The notes: generated by a model not told the origin, from the letters alone. Positions 26,926-37,201 are shown, numbered from the stretch's first letter. The stretch: 64,000 nucleotides of DNA from a bacterium (GCA_028713675.1 JAQTNV010000011.1:4411-68410); one strand, 5' to 3'. Made by a program: numbers and translations.

Positions 26926-27552
26926 ATGAAAAAACGGTTTGTTCTTCTTTCTGTTCTCTTGGCTCTCGGCTCTCTGCTCTTGGCTTTTTCCCTGCCTTCC
27001 TGCTTCCGCGGCGACCCCAACGCCATCCTTTTCAGCCCTATCGGCGTACAGGGCCAGGACCGGGACAATCAGCCCCTCCGGCCTTATTACTACCATTCCA
27101 ACAATCCCGGGGAAGCCCTGGTGGCGGCCCTTTTCTTCCTGCCCGAGTGGAAAGAAACTGTCGCCTGCCACGGCAAGGTCCAGGATGAAGACGGGAATCC
27201 CGTGACCCGGACCTTGGTGGTGTTCAAGCGCAAGGACTGGAACGGGGCTTTCAAGGTCTCGGTGATCGAGCCGGATCCCGCCGGGAGATTCTCCTTTACC
27301 CTCGAGTCCCGCTGTAAAAACTGGGAGATTTCGGTGATCGGGCCCAACCTCGGCGGGGTGAAGCGGACGCTGGGAGCGAGCTCTCAATGCCCTTCCTTCG
27401 ATTTCGTGGTCAGGGTGCTCAAGGATCCCGAAGAAATCAAGGTTTTCCAGGCCCAGTGGCAGGAGCCCTACATCAAGTCGCTCCTCGATCTCGGTCTCGA
27501 GGCCATGAGCGAAGATGAGAAGAACAAACTGGCCGGTTTGTTGAATCCCTAA
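26926..27552 (+). CDS. lipoprotein, hypothetical (possible carboxypeptidase-regulatory-like beta-sandwich)
   Basis: It has a signal peptide with a lipobox (LAFSLPSC). Confidence 0.45.
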   Translation: MKKRFVLLSVLLALGSLLLAFSLPSCFRGDPNAILFSPIGVQGQDRDNQPLRPYYYHSNNPGEALVAALFFLPEWKETVACHGKVQDEDGNPVTRTLVVFKRKDWNGAFKVSVIEPDPAGRFSFTLESRCKNWEISVIGPNLGGVKRTLGASSQCPSFDFVVRVLKDPEEIKVFQAQWQEPYIKSLLDLGLEAMSEDEKNKLAGLLNP

Positions 27553-27567
27553 TATCAGGGAGAAAAT

Positions 27568-28305
27568 ATGAAAGCCAGATCAATCATTCCGCTTTTATCT
27601 CTCGGGATGCTTTTGAACGGCTGCCTGATGGCGGGTAATTACCAAAGCGCCAGGACCCTGGAGCCGCGCGAATCAAGTTTCGGGATGACCTTCAGCCTGA
27701 ATGAGATATCCATTTCCGGTCATAGGTATACCGTCCCCAATGTGATTCCGGAGTTGGCTTATCATGTCGGGGTCGCGAAAAACTGGGAGGTCGGGGGCCG
27801 GGTTGCTCTGGGTTCACTCGGCTTCGAGATGGACACCAAGTATCGCTTCCTCCATCAAGGCGGCCTGCATCTGGCCGTGGCCCCGGCAGTGGCCTACCAG
27901 GCTTTTTTTGACATCCGCGGGGTGTCGGTCCGTCTCCCGGTCATCCTCTCTTACGATTTTAACGATATTGTCGGGATTAACGCCGCCGTCCTGGGAGGAT
28001 TTTCCGGCTTCGACGCCAGCGATAGTAATAATGACAATGATGATGATTATATTGGATATTATGATGGTCCGACTATATTCTACGGGGCTTCATTCGGGCC
28101 GGAGCTCCGGGGATCGGTTTTCTTCGCCCGGCCGGCGATTGAGTTTGTCCGCTATCAGACCAACCTGGGATCTGACGATAATTCCGGCTGGAGACCGTTC
28201 AACAGCATCAATTTCCTGGTTCATTTCGGCTGGGTCTTCGGGCGCGAGAAACAGCAGCTTGACCGGATCGAAAATAAGCTCGATAAAGCCCTGGAGGAGA
28301 AATAA
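27568..28305 (+). CDS. lipoprotein, hypothetical, with acidic ND-rich segment
   Basis: It has a lipobox (LLNGC). SDSNNDNDDDY is a low-complexity acidic stretch. Confidence 0.45.
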   Translation: MKARSIIPLLSLGMLLNGCLMAGNYQSARTLEPRESSFGMTFSLNEISISGHRYTVPNVIPELAYHVGVAKNWEVGGRVALGSLGFEMDTKYRFLHQGGLHLAVAPAVAYQAFFDIRGVSVRLPVILSYDFNDIVGINAAVLGGFSGFDASDSNNDNDDDYIGYYDGPTIFYGASFGPELRGSVFFARPAIEFVRYQTNLGSDDNSGWRPFNSINFLVHFGWVFGREKQQLDRIENKLDKALEEK

Positions 28306-28405
28306 AAAAGGGAGCCCGCCAGGGGCTCCCCTACGTTTCATATCTGACTTTTAAAGGTTTTTTTCTTAATTCTTTGCCCTTTGCTCTCTGCCCTTTGCTC
28401 TTTGC

Positions 28406-29506
28406 CTATTTTTTGGCCGGGTCCACGTCCGGATCCAGGTAGGGCAGGAAAGCCTTCAGCTTCCCCTTCTCCTCTAAAATTTTCATCGCCATGTCCCGGT
28501 TGGTGGGAGCGACTTCCTTGGCTCTTTTCGACCGGACCATCTTAAACGCCTGCTCCGGGCACCCGGTCACGCACAGCCCGCAGCCGATGCAGCGCTTCGG
28601 GTCCAGCACCGGCCGGTCCTTTTTCATCGTGAGCGCTTTCATCGGGCAGCGTTTTTCCACGCAGATCCCGCAGCCGGTGCAGGCTTTCCGGTCGAGCTTG
28701 GGGACGAATCCCGAATTGGAGAGCACATTGGGGTTCCCGTGATGGGTCATGGCCCGGAGGAGGCCGCAGCAGCAGGTGCAGCAGTTGCAGATGAAGGTCA
28801 GCTTGTCCTGGGCGTTGTTCACCTGGCGCACGAGGCCCAGGTCGTCAAATTTCTTGAGCATCTGCTTCATCTCGTCCTTGGTCAGGTAGCGCCCGTATCC
28901 CCTCTCCACCAGGAAGGTGCAGGTATCGTCGAACATCATGCAGGACTCGGTGGGGTTGTCGCATTTCCGCATCGCGCTCCGGCAGGCGCAATGCGCCACC
29001 CCCACCACCTTGGCCCGGTCGATCATTTCGTAGACCTTTTCGTAGGGCAGGGTCCCCTGTTCGCTCGCGACCTCTTCCCCGACCGGGATGATCCGGGAGA
29101 ACGGCATGGACTTGGAGCCGAACTCCTTGCAGGCTTTCGAGAGGTATTTCTGCCAGAGCGCGGCCAGGCGGTCGATGGTGGGGTTTCTCTCCCCCTTCAT
29201 GAAAGGAAATTCAAATACCCCGGGCATGATCGGGACCAGGGCGTACTGTTTCTCCCCTTCCCTCTCCTTGTAGAAGACCATCCCTTTGTCGGCAAGGGAT
29301 TCGAGCCGTTTCACGGCTTCCTCCGCCTTGACCCCCGCCCGGCGGGCGACCGCCTTCACCGGGAAAGGCCGGAACCCGAGGCCGAGGGCCACCTTGGCCT
29401 CCTCCGGGGTGAAGAGGATTTTCAGGATCTCGATGATCTCAGGGGCCGGCGGACAGCCGGCGGGGTGCTTGTCCAGAAGCTCTCGCAAACCTTCATAAGC
29501 GTCCAT
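28406..29506 (-). CDS. 4Fe-4S dicluster domain protein (paralog of 22492..23667)
   Basis: It has CNCCTCCC, two ferredoxin-type Cys motifs and the shared block YALVPIMPGVFEFPFMKG. Confidence 0.6.
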   Translation of the reverse strand: MDAYEGLRELLDKHPAGCPPAPEIIEILKILFTPEEAKVALGLGFRPFPVKAVARRAGVKAEEAVKRLESLADKGMVFYKEREGEKQYALVPIMPGVFEFPFMKGERNPTIDRLAALWQKYLSKACKEFGSKSMPFSRIIPVGEEVASEQGTLPYEKVYEMIDRAKVVGVAHCACRSAMRKCDNPTESCMMFDDTCTFLVERGYGRYLTKDEMKQMLKKFDDLGLVRQVNNAQDKLTFICNCCTCCCGLLRAMTHHGNPNVLSNSGFVPKLDRKACTGCGICVEKRCPMKALTMKKDRPVLDPKRCIGCGLCVTGCPEQAFKMVRSKRAKEVAPTNRDMAMKILEEKGKLKAFLPYLDPDVDPAKK

Positions 29507-29611
29507 ACGACCTCCTCCTTTTTAACTGAAAGCTCCGCTCCCTGTTCTTCGCTAATTGTTTCCCGACCTTATAGGCACATAGATTATAATGTCTAAAAAG
29601 AGAAAAGTTAT

Positions 29612-30805
29612 ATGCCAAGATTCGCAATCAAATCGGTTGTTATTCTTATCGCCTTCCTGGCCGGTTGCGGAGGGGGCGGGACGAAGGATTACGGGCCGAT
29701 CGAAAACTACGCTGATCTTTATAACGGAGTCAGCCAATATCTGACCGGCCAGGTCATCTGCGCCGCCTGCTCGGACTACCAGAGCGGCGATGTTATTCCC
29801 GATGAAGGGGATTCCAATGCCTATTACCCGGCCCTGGTTTATTCCCTCTCGCTCGAAGGGCGCGCCTCGAAGCCGGAGTTGGCCGTCGCGGCCGAGATGG
29901 CGGCCCGGGAAATCACCCTGATCGACAGCTTTTCCGAGTCCGGTATCATTTCCTCTCTGGACGACCCGACCAAGCTTTCCGAAGTTTACATCGGGATCGC
30001 CGGCCTACTCAAAGCCTATGAAGCCGTCCGGAAGCCGGAATATCTCGAGGCCATCCGCAAGTATTTCACTATCTTCGCCCCCATGATTGATGACTCCTCC
30101 AGCCCCCTGAAAATGGAATCCCTGATGAGCATCAACATCCCCTGGTATGGACCCGCCACCATCTTCGGGGGCCTGGCGGGATTTTTCCTCCAGTACCCGC
30201 TTTCCATCCCGAAGGCCGAAGACCGCGGAAGCATTTCCGGCACCGGGATCGCCATCCTCTCCAAGCTGGATGACCTCGTTTACGACCCGGCGCGGAAAAA
30301 TTACCGCTACATGACCGATTCGGAGGATTTTCTTTACCTTTATTCCAGCGTCTGCGCCGTCCAGGGTCTGCTCCGCGCCCACCTGGTCACGCAAGAACCC
30401 GGATACCTGGACCAAGCCCGGGCGGTGATGGAATCCATGGAGAACCTTTTCGACTCTGAATCCGGGGGTTACCTCGCCGCCGAATACGATTCCCGCTACT
30501 TCGCCGCTTACGAGGAACTCGGCCAGACCCGGTATTTCCAGAAATACATTCCCCTCTCCGGGGCCAATTACCTGACTTACACCGACCTTTTGCTTTACCA
30601 GATCACCGGGGAGGAAATTTACCTGACCCGGGCCGCCCGCATCCTCGATTTCATCCAGGCAAAGCTTTACGTAAACGGCCAGGCCCACCACCACCTGCTG
30701 AACGGCTCCCTGGAAACCGGGGAATACTGCGCCGGCTGCAATTTCCAACTGCTCTACAACATCTACCTTTATGATCGCTTGAAAAAAGGCGGGAAAGTCC
30801 TATAA
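29612..30805 (+). CDS. lipoprotein, hypothetical (alpha-helical repeat, possibly six-hairpin fold)
   Basis: It has a lipobox (FLAGC). Confidence 0.4.
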   Translation: MPRFAIKSVVILIAFLAGCGGGGTKDYGPIENYADLYNGVSQYLTGQVICAACSDYQSGDVIPDEGDSNAYYPALVYSLSLEGRASKPELAVAAEMAAREITLIDSFSESGIISSLDDPTKLSEVYIGIAGLLKAYEAVRKPEYLEAIRKYFTIFAPMIDDSSSPLKMESLMSINIPWYGPATIFGGLAGFFLQYPLSIPKAEDRGSISGTGIAILSKLDDLVYDPARKNYRYMTDSEDFLYLYSSVCAVQGLLRAHLVTQEPGYLDQARAVMESMENLFDSESGGYLAAEYDSRYFAAYEELGQTRYFQKYIPLSGANYLTYTDLLLYQITGEEIYLTRAARILDFIQAKLYVNGQAHHHLLNGSLETGEYCAGCNFQLLYNIYLYDRLKKGGKVL

Positions 30806-30825
30806 AAATTGCAGATTGCGGAATT

Positions 30826-30960
30826 TTAAAGCGGTTTCGAGTTTCGGGTTTCTAGTTTCTGGTTAAACCAATCAAGAATGTTAATTAGATTTAACTCGAA
30901 ACCCGAAACTATAAACTCGAAACTATCTTACTTCTCACCTTTTACTTCTCACTTTTTGAC
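30826..30960. repeat. inverted CGAAACY heptamer arrays between convergent genes
   Basis: GTTTCGAGTTTCGGGTTTCTAGTTTCTGG pairs with CTCGAAACCCGAAACTATAAACTCGAAAC, forming a long imperfect palindrome. Confidence 0.55.
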
Positions 30961-31607
30961 GAGTTTTCCTTCATTTTTCGGCCCCAGTTCCAGCCCAGGA
31001 GCATGCCCTTTACCCCTTCCGACACCCAGCTCCGGTCCTTCCCCGCCCCGATCAGAACCATTATTTCCTGCCCCACCGATACCGCGACCAGGATCCGCGC
31101 CAGCACCTCCGGCAGATAATCCAGGTTAATCCGGCCCTCCTCCGCGGACTCCCGGATATCCTGCGAAATCAGGTTGACAATCTCTTCCATGAAGTCCCGC
31201 ATGGCGGCCTGAATATCCGGGTCATTCACGCTGATGGCGTTCAGCCAGATTTTGGAAACGTTCGCGTTAACCTCGGCCGTATACTGGTAATAAGTATCGA
31301 ATACCCTGCCGTATCGCTCCCGCATATCGCCGCCCTGGTTCAAAATATGCGAAGTGGTCACTATGATGAACCGGCGCACGTCCTTTATTACCTCGAGAAA
31401 CAAGGCCTTCTTGCTCGGAAAATGCAGGTAGATCGTCGGCTCCGTCACCCCCGCCGCCCGGGCGATCTTGGCGGTAGTAGCCCCGTGATAGGTCTCCGCG
31501 GCGAAAACCCGCTGGGCGGTCCGGAGGATCAGCTTCCGCCGATCTTCCCCCTTCATCCTTTTTACCTTGGTACTGGTTTTCCTGACCAATCTTTTCTTCC
31601 TGTTCAT
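30942..31607 (-). CDS. TetR/AcrR family transcriptional regulator
   Basis: It has an N-terminal TetR HTH (RRKLILRTAQRVFAAETYHGATTAKIARAAGVTEPTIYLHF). An SD AAGGAG sits before the ATG at 31607. Alternative starts are 31643 and 31556. Confidence 0.75.
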   Translation of the reverse strand: MNRKKRLVRKTSTKVKRMKGEDRRKLILRTAQRVFAAETYHGATTAKIARAAGVTEPTIYLHFPSKKALFLEVIKDVRRFIIVTTSHILNQGGDMRERYGRVFDTYYQYTAEVNANVSKIWLNAISVNDPDIQAAMRDFMEEIVNLISQDIRESAEEGRINLDYLPEVLARILVAVSVGQEIMVLIGAGKDRSWVSEGVKGMLLGWNWGRKMKENSSKSEK

Positions 31608-31942
31608 TCCCTGCTCCTTACTAATGTCCCAATTTTTAATCACTAATTAACATTATTTTCAGGCCGAACACAACACCAGGACGTTTCCTCCCTGTTTCCG
31701 GTCCGCAACCTGACGGCACCCCGGTTCCCGGACCGGTCCGGCCTTGGAGCCGGCCGCCGCACAACGACAGCCGTCCGCAGACCGCCGACCGCCGCAAATG
31801 CAATTCGTTAGGAACGTTTAAAGCGTCTGTCTGGTCTGTCTGGTTTCTTCTGTTTACTGCCTACTGCCTACTGCTTACCCTCCGGGCCGGAGGCTGCCTA
31901 CTCCCTGCGCTTTGTCCTTTGCACTATGCCCTATGCTCTTTG

Positions 31943-33394
31943 TTATCCCTTGATCACCCCCATCGGCTTTAGCCGTGCGACCTTCCGGGCGATCCCGGCC
32001 GCCTGGACGCAGTCCACCACATTGGCCACTTCCTTGTAGGCCTCGGGCATCTCCTCGGACAGGGTCTCCCGGCTCGAAGCCATGACCACAATGTTCAGAT
32101 CCTCCAGCTCCCGGGCGATGGAGCGCCCCCGGGCCCTTCTGATCGCCTCGGTGCGGGACATGACCCGCCCGGCCCCGTGGCAGGCGGAGCCCCAGGATTC
32201 CGCCATCGCCCGAGGCGTGCCGACCAGGACGAAGCTCTCCCGGCCCATGTCCCCCGGGATCAGGACCGGCTGGCCGGCCTGGCGGTAGTCCTCCGGGACC
32301 GCGGGATGCCCCGCCGGGAAGGCCCGGGTCGCCCCCTTGCGGTGGACGCAGACCTTCCGTTCTTTTCCGTCGACGAGGTGGGTTTCGATCTTGGCGATGT
32401 TGTGGGCCACGTCGTAAACCAGCTGGAGACCGATTTTCCCCGGCGCCTGCCCGAGCGCCCGGGAAAAGGACTCGCGGACCCAGTGGGTAATGATCTGGCG
32501 GTTGGCGAAGGCGTAGTTGACCGCCGCCGCCATCGCCCCCAGGTATTCCCGGCCCTCCTTCGAATCGATCGGGGCGCAGCAGAGCTGGCGGTCGGGGAGC
32601 TCGATCTTGTAGCGGCGGGCGGCCTCGGAGAGGATCCGGATGTAATCGTCGCAGACCTGGTGCCCCAGCCCCCGGGACCCAGTGTGGACCTGGATGACGA
32701 CCTGGTCCTTAAATAACCCGAAAACCCGGGCCACCGTCTCGTCATAAATTTCCGCCACGTAATCGATCTCGACAAAGTGGTTCCCGGAGCCGAGCGTGCC
32801 GAGCTGGGGCCGGCCCCGTTCCTTGGCCCTGGGGCTGACCACCTCCGGGTTCGCCCCTCCCATCTTCCCGCTTTCCTCGATGTGGGCCAGGTCCTCCTTT
32901 TCGCCGAAACCCTGGCTGACCGCCCAGGCCGCCCCCTGGGAGAGGACGTCCCGCTCCTCGTGCGCGGAAAGCCTGATCGGGCCCTTGGATCCCACCCCGG
33001 AGGGAATGGCGGAAAAAAGGGCGGAAACAATCTCGGCCACCCGGCCCTCAAGATCCTTCTTTTCCAGTTCCGATCGGATCAGCCGCACCCCGCAGTTGAT
33101 GTCGTAGCCCACCCCGCCGGGGGAAACCACCCCCTCGGAAAGGTCGAAGGCCGCCACCCCGCCGATCGGGAAACCGTAGCCCCAGTGGATGTCCGGCATC
33201 GCCAGGGAATACTTGATGATTCCCGGGAGCTGGGCCACGTTGGCCACCTGCACCGGGCTTTCGTCCCCGGCCACACCCTTCATGATGGTTTCGTCGGCGT
33301 AGATGATCCCGTCCACCCGCATCTTCCCCTGCTTCGGGATGCGGACATGAGACTCATCCATCCGGACGAATTCAAAATCCGACGCTTTGGTCAT
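31943..33394 (-). CDS. rtcB: RtcB family RNA-splicing ligase
   Basis: It has GYDINCG, the HNHAG-region equivalent and a GMGR-like C-terminus. An upstream in-frame ATG at 33442 is also possible. Confidence 0.85.
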   Translation of the reverse strand: MTKASDFEFVRMDESHVRIPKQGKMRVDGIIYADETIMKGVAGDESPVQVANVAQLPGIIKYSLAMPDIHWGYGFPIGGVAAFDLSEGVVSPGGVGYDINCGVRLIRSELEKKDLEGRVAEIVSALFSAIPSGVGSKGPIRLSAHEERDVLSQGAAWAVSQGFGEKEDLAHIEESGKMGGANPEVVSPRAKERGRPQLGTLGSGNHFVEIDYVAEIYDETVARVFGLFKDQVVIQVHTGSRGLGHQVCDDYIRILSEAARRYKIELPDRQLCCAPIDSKEGREYLGAMAAAVNYAFANRQIITHWVRESFSRALGQAPGKIGLQLVYDVAHNIAKIETHLVDGKERKVCVHRKGATRAFPAGHPAVPEDYRQAGQPVLIPGDMGRESFVLVGTPRAMAESWGSACHGAGRVMSRTEAIRRARGRSIARELEDLNIVVMASSRETLSEEMPEAYKEVANVVDCVQAAGIARKVARLKPMGVIKG

Positions 33395-33586
33395 ATTTTG
33401 CCCCTGTTTTTTCAGTATGAGGTAGGCTCTCCGACGAATCAAGCACTATAATAGGAAAGAGCCAAGAGGCGAGAGACAAGCGACAAGAGCCTAAGAGTTA
33501 GGAAGCCTAAAAGCCAAAATACGTTTTCTGATTTTTGATAAAACTCTATGCTCTATGCCCTATGCTCTATGCCGAGATAGATAAAC

Positions 33587-35278
33587 ATGTTTCTTCCTAC
33601 TACACCGGATGAACTGAAAAAGCTGGGCTGGGATGGACTGGATATCATCCTGGTTACCGGCGACGCCTACATCGACAGCCCCTTCATCGGCGTGGCCGTG
33701 ATCGGGAAGGTCCTCCTGAATGCCGGCTACCGGGTGGGCATCATCGCCCAGCCCGACTGGCAGAGCAACCGGGACATCACCCGCCTGGGCGAACCCCGGC
33801 TTTTCTGGGGGGTAACCGCCGGGTGCGTGGACTCGATGGTGGCCAACTACACCCCGGTGAATATGCCCCGCCGGAAAGATGATTACACCCCGGGCGGGAG
33901 AAACACCCGGCGGCCCGACCGCGCTTCAATTGTTTACACCAATCTGATCCGCCGTTTCTTTAAAAACGGCCGGCCCATCGTCCTGGGGGGGATCGAAGTA
34001 AGCCTCCGCCGCGTCCCCCACTACGATTACTGGGACGATGCCGTCCGCCGCTCCATCCTCTTCGACGCCAAGGCCGACTACCTGGTCTACGGGATGGGGG
34101 AAAAAACCGTCCTGGAACTCGCGCAAAAGCTGAAAAAGGGCGAAACGGCCGAGAAAATCCGCGGGCTCTGCTACATCTCCGGCCAGCCCCGCCCCGGCTA
34201 CCTTCACCTCCCTTCCTATTCCGAGGTCAGGGCGGACAAGCAGAAATTCATCGAGATGTTTCATCTCTTTTCCCAGAACAACGACCCGGTCACGGCCAAG
34301 GGACTTTGCCAGCTCCAGGACACCCGCTACCTGATTCAAAATCCCCCGGCACCTTACCTGGACGAGGCCGAACTCGACGCCGTTTATGACCTGGATTACG
34401 AAAGGGATGTTCATCCTTTTGACAAAAAGAACGGGCCGGTCCTGGCCCTGGAAACAATCAGGTTCTCAATCACCAGCCACCAGGGCTGCTTCGGGGGATG
34501 CAATTTCTGCGGAATCTCGGTCCACCAGGGCCGGACGGTCCGCTCCCGAAGCGAGGCCTCGATCCTGAAGGAAGCCCGGGCGCTTACCCGGCTTCCGGAT
34601 TTCAAGGGTTATATTCTGGATGTGGGTGGCCCCACCGCCAACATGTACGGGATGGAATGTGAAAACCAGCTGAAGCTCGGTTCCTGCCGGAGCAAGGGCT
34701 GTCTGTTCCCGAAGGTCTGCCGGAACCGGAAGATCAGCCACGCCCGGCAGATCCGGCTCCTGAAAAAACTCGGAGAGATCCCGGGGGTAAAAAAGGCTTT
34801 CGTGGCTTCCGGGATCAGGCACGATCTGGTCCTGGCCGACGAAATCGCCGGGACGCCCTATCTCCGCGAAGTGGTGGAAAGCCATGTCTCCGGCCAGCTC
34901 AAGGTGGCCCCCGAGCACAGCGAGGAAAAGGTCCTGAACCTGATGGGGAAGCCGGGCCCCCAGGCCCTGGTGGATTTCAAGAACCTCTTTGACCGGCAGA
35001 ACCGGGAAGCGGGGAAGAAACAGTTCCTGACCTATTACCTGATGGTCGCCCATCCGGGATGCGAAAAGGCGGAGATGACCGGTTTGAAGGAATTCGTCGC
35101 GCGGAAACTGAAAATGTCCCCCGAGCAGGTCCAGATCTTCACCCCCCTGCCCTCCACTTATTCGGCTCTAATGTATTACACCGGGGTTGATCCCTGGACC
35201 GGGCAGCCGGTTTTCGTGGAAAAAGATCAGAAGCGGAAAGAAGAACAGAAAAAGATAATAGTCGCAGGTAGCAGGTAG
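33587..35278 (+). CDS. YgiQ family radical SAM protein (UPF0313)
   Basis: It has C-x3-C-x2-C (GCFGGCNFCG) and N-terminal YgiQ conserved blocks. The final codons plus stop (GCAGGTAGCAGGTAG) are a TAGCAGG heptamer array. Confidence 0.85.
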   Translation: MFLPTTPDELKKLGWDGLDIILVTGDAYIDSPFIGVAVIGKVLLNAGYRVGIIAQPDWQSNRDITRLGEPRLFWGVTAGCVDSMVANYTPVNMPRRKDDYTPGGRNTRRPDRASIVYTNLIRRFFKNGRPIVLGGIEVSLRRVPHYDYWDDAVRRSILFDAKADYLVYGMGEKTVLELAQKLKKGETAEKIRGLCYISGQPRPGYLHLPSYSEVRADKQKFIEMFHLFSQNNDPVTAKGLCQLQDTRYLIQNPPAPYLDEAELDAVYDLDYERDVHPFDKKNGPVLALETIRFSITSHQGCFGGCNFCGISVHQGRTVRSRSEASILKEARALTRLPDFKGYILDVGGPTANMYGMECENQLKLGSCRSKGCLFPKVCRNRKISHARQIRLLKKLGEIPGVKKAFVASGIRHDLVLADEIAGTPYLREVVESHVSGQLKVAPEHSEEKVLNLMGKPGPQALVDFKNLFDRQNREAGKKQFLTYYLMVAHPGCEKAEMTGLKEFVARKLKMSPEQVQIFTPLPSTYSALMYYTGVDPWTGQPVFVEKDQKRKEEQKKIIVAGSR

Positions 35279-35426
35279 CAAAAAACAGGGGAAAAACGGT
35301 TGCTGGGTGGTTAGGTTGTTAGGTGGTTCAAAAAACGAAATAAACGATCTAAACGTTCTGAGCGCTTTGCGCTTTGTTCTTTACCTATCACCTATGACCT
35401 ATCACCCATGACCTTTTTTCCCGGCA

Positions 35427-36002
35427 TCACGCTTTCTCGTAAATTCCGTGGTAAACGACCGCGTTTTGGCCTTCCACCTTTTCCTGGGTGATTGAAAACT
35501 CCAGCGCTTTTCCGTTGGAAATCTCGATCAGGCCCTCGATCCACCCCCCCATCATGTAGGCGAAGGGGATAAAAATGGGTTCATTCCCGGGATCCAGATA
35601 CCTGGCCTCTATATGTCCGGGTTTTTCGACGGTCACCTTGAACCAGGGCGAATCGACAAAGGAAGGAAAAATCTCGCGGAAGCTTTTCAGGGTTTCAAAG
35701 GTATCCATTTCCGTAAAGGTCTTGTAGGCGACCGGAACGATCGTCAAGGCGGAAAACCTGCCCCACTGCCGGGCGACTTCTGGGTTTTTCTTGGCAATCA
35801 TCTCGAAAATCACCTGGATGAGATGGCGGCCGGGCACGCCAGAATACCAGGTGGAGAAAACTACGCGCTCTTCCAAAATCTTGCGATCCGCTTCAGTAAA
35901 ATGCGCTTCCAGATTCTTATCCTTGTTGGATTTAATCAGCTTGACGACTCCAACAAGCAAAGTTCCTTTAATCTTGGTAAAAAGCGGCGCCATATTTTTC
36001 AA
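35427..36002 (-). CDS. hypothetical protein (possibly DUF2378-like), lower GC
   Basis: No family is confidently recognised. Confidence 0.35.
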   Translation of the reverse strand: MKNMAPLFTKIKGTLLVGVVKLIKSNKDKNLEAHFTEADRKILEERVVFSTWYSGVPGRHLIQVIFEMIAKKNPEVARQWGRFSALTIVPVAYKTFTEMDTFETLKSFREIFPSFVDSPWFKVTVEKPGHIEARYLDPGNEPIFIPFAYMMGGWIEGLIEISNGKALEFSITQEKVEGQNAVVYHGIYEKA

Positions 36003-36070
36003 TTTTATTGTTGTTATATTTTTATATTAACAAAATGGATCTTATGGGCATATAGAGTAAACCCCTCAAT

Positions 36071-36210
36071 ATGTCATCCTAATTCCGCTTATTATCTCTA
36101 ATGTCATCCTGAGTCCGCTCACCATACTTTAATGTCTGAGTCCGCTCACCATACTTTAATGTCATCCTGAGCCCGCCTCTGGCGGGAGAAGGATCTGCTT
36201 TTTGGGATTT
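36071..36210 (+). repeat. tandem partial duplications of the GTCATCCTGAG...GAAGGATC element
   Basis: ATGTCATCCTAATTCCGC..., ATGTCATCCTGAGTCCGCTCACCATACTTTA (x2) and a complete unit ATCCTGAGCCCGCCTCTGGCGGGAGAAGGATCTGCTTTTT appear in sequence. Confidence 0.6.
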
Positions 36211-36287
36211 CTTTAGAGGATAGGTCGACTCAGATGCCGTCCGGGGTTTAACTCGAAACCCGAAACCAGAAACTCGAAACTTTTTTC

Positions 36288-36566
36288 CTAGGTTCTTTTC
36301 TTCCTTTCCAGCCTGATCGTGACCGGATGTTTGGGGTCGGGGCAGGTTAGTTCGATAACATCCCCCTTCCACCAGGGCAGATTACCCCCGAACTGAAAGG
36401 TTTGCAGAGCGGGGAAAATATTATGGTAAAACCAACCGCACAAGCCGGCCGGGTTGTGACAGCTGATCTCGAAAGTATCGCCTTCCTGGTGGCCGGCGCC
36501 GCATTTTCCCTTCACTTCTTTAACGGTCGCCGTCACCTGATAGCCCATTCCCGGGTCTTTCGCCAT
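36288..36566 (-). CDS. small Cys-containing protein, TIGR04076-like (recalled family, unverified)
   Basis: It is 92 aa with CGAGH...CHNPAGLCGWFYH...CPDP. It is a distant paralog of the 36767..37201 product. Confidence 0.45.
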   Translation of the reverse strand: MAKDPGMGYQVTATVKEVKGKCGAGHQEGDTFEISCHNPAGLCGWFYHNIFPALQTFQFGGNLPWWKGDVIELTCPDPKHPVTIRLERKKRT

Positions 36567-36618
36567 TGTTAATCCTCCTTAAACTTTAATAACAATGCTT
36601 TATTGTGTTTTTTTGTTG

Positions 36619-36741
36619 GCATCCCTGTACCTTTTTTTGTCATCCCTGTACCTTTTTTTGTCATCCCTGCGAAAGCAGGGATCCAGACAAATTAAAAATA
36701 CTGGATTCCGCATCAAGTGCGGAATGACGAAATAAGGCGAA
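36619..36741. repeat. MITE-like double-hairpin element, copy B, with tandem partial duplications of the left end
   Basis: GGCATCCCTGTACCTTTTTTTGTCATCCCTGTACCTTTTTTTGTCATCCCTGCGAAAGCAGGGATCCAG...CTGGATTCCGCATCAAGTGCGGAATGACGAAATAAGGCG. Confidence 0.65.
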
Positions 36742-36766
36742 TACAAAACCACAAGGAAATTCAAGT

Positions 36767-37201
36767 TCAGCGCTGTCTATCCACCACCTTCGCCTCAATT
36801 ACCACTCGGCCCCAGCCGCCGCAGTCTATCCCCACGTCTTCGCATTGGGAGAATTTGAACGAAGGCACCGGGTCCAGGCCCTCGTAAATCCTCTCCTGGA
36901 TCACCCAAACCAGCCGGGACATGGCCGGCAGAATGAAGGGGCAAACCTTCTTCGGCCCCTTGTGGGCAAGCATGTAACCCTCCGCGCCGAAATAGAACTT
37001 GTCTCCGACCTTGTGCTCGATGTTGCAGCCGTGGGATTTGACCACCTCGAAAATGATGGTCTTGTTCATCAGGGCCTCGGCCGCCTTCATCACCTTGACG
37101 TTCCGGGGGTTGTTTTTAAATTTCTTGGCCTCCTCTTCCGTATATCCCAGCTTGTCCTGCATTATTTTCCAAACCGCTTCATTCAATTCATTCTTCGCCA
37201 T
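36767..37201 (-). CDS. hypothetical Cys-containing protein, distant paralog of the TIGR04076-like gene
   Basis: Its central region aligns loosely with the 92-aa protein (VKSHGCNIEHKVGDKFYF...). An SD-like region precedes the ATG. Confidence 0.4.
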   Translation of the reverse strand: MAKNELNEAVWKIMQDKLGYTEEEAKKFKNNPRNVKVMKAAEALMNKTIIFEVVKSHGCNIEHKVGDKFYFGAEGYMLAHKGPKKVCPFILPAMSRLVWVIQERIYEGLDPVPSFKFSQCEDVGIDCGGWGRVVIEAKVVDRQR

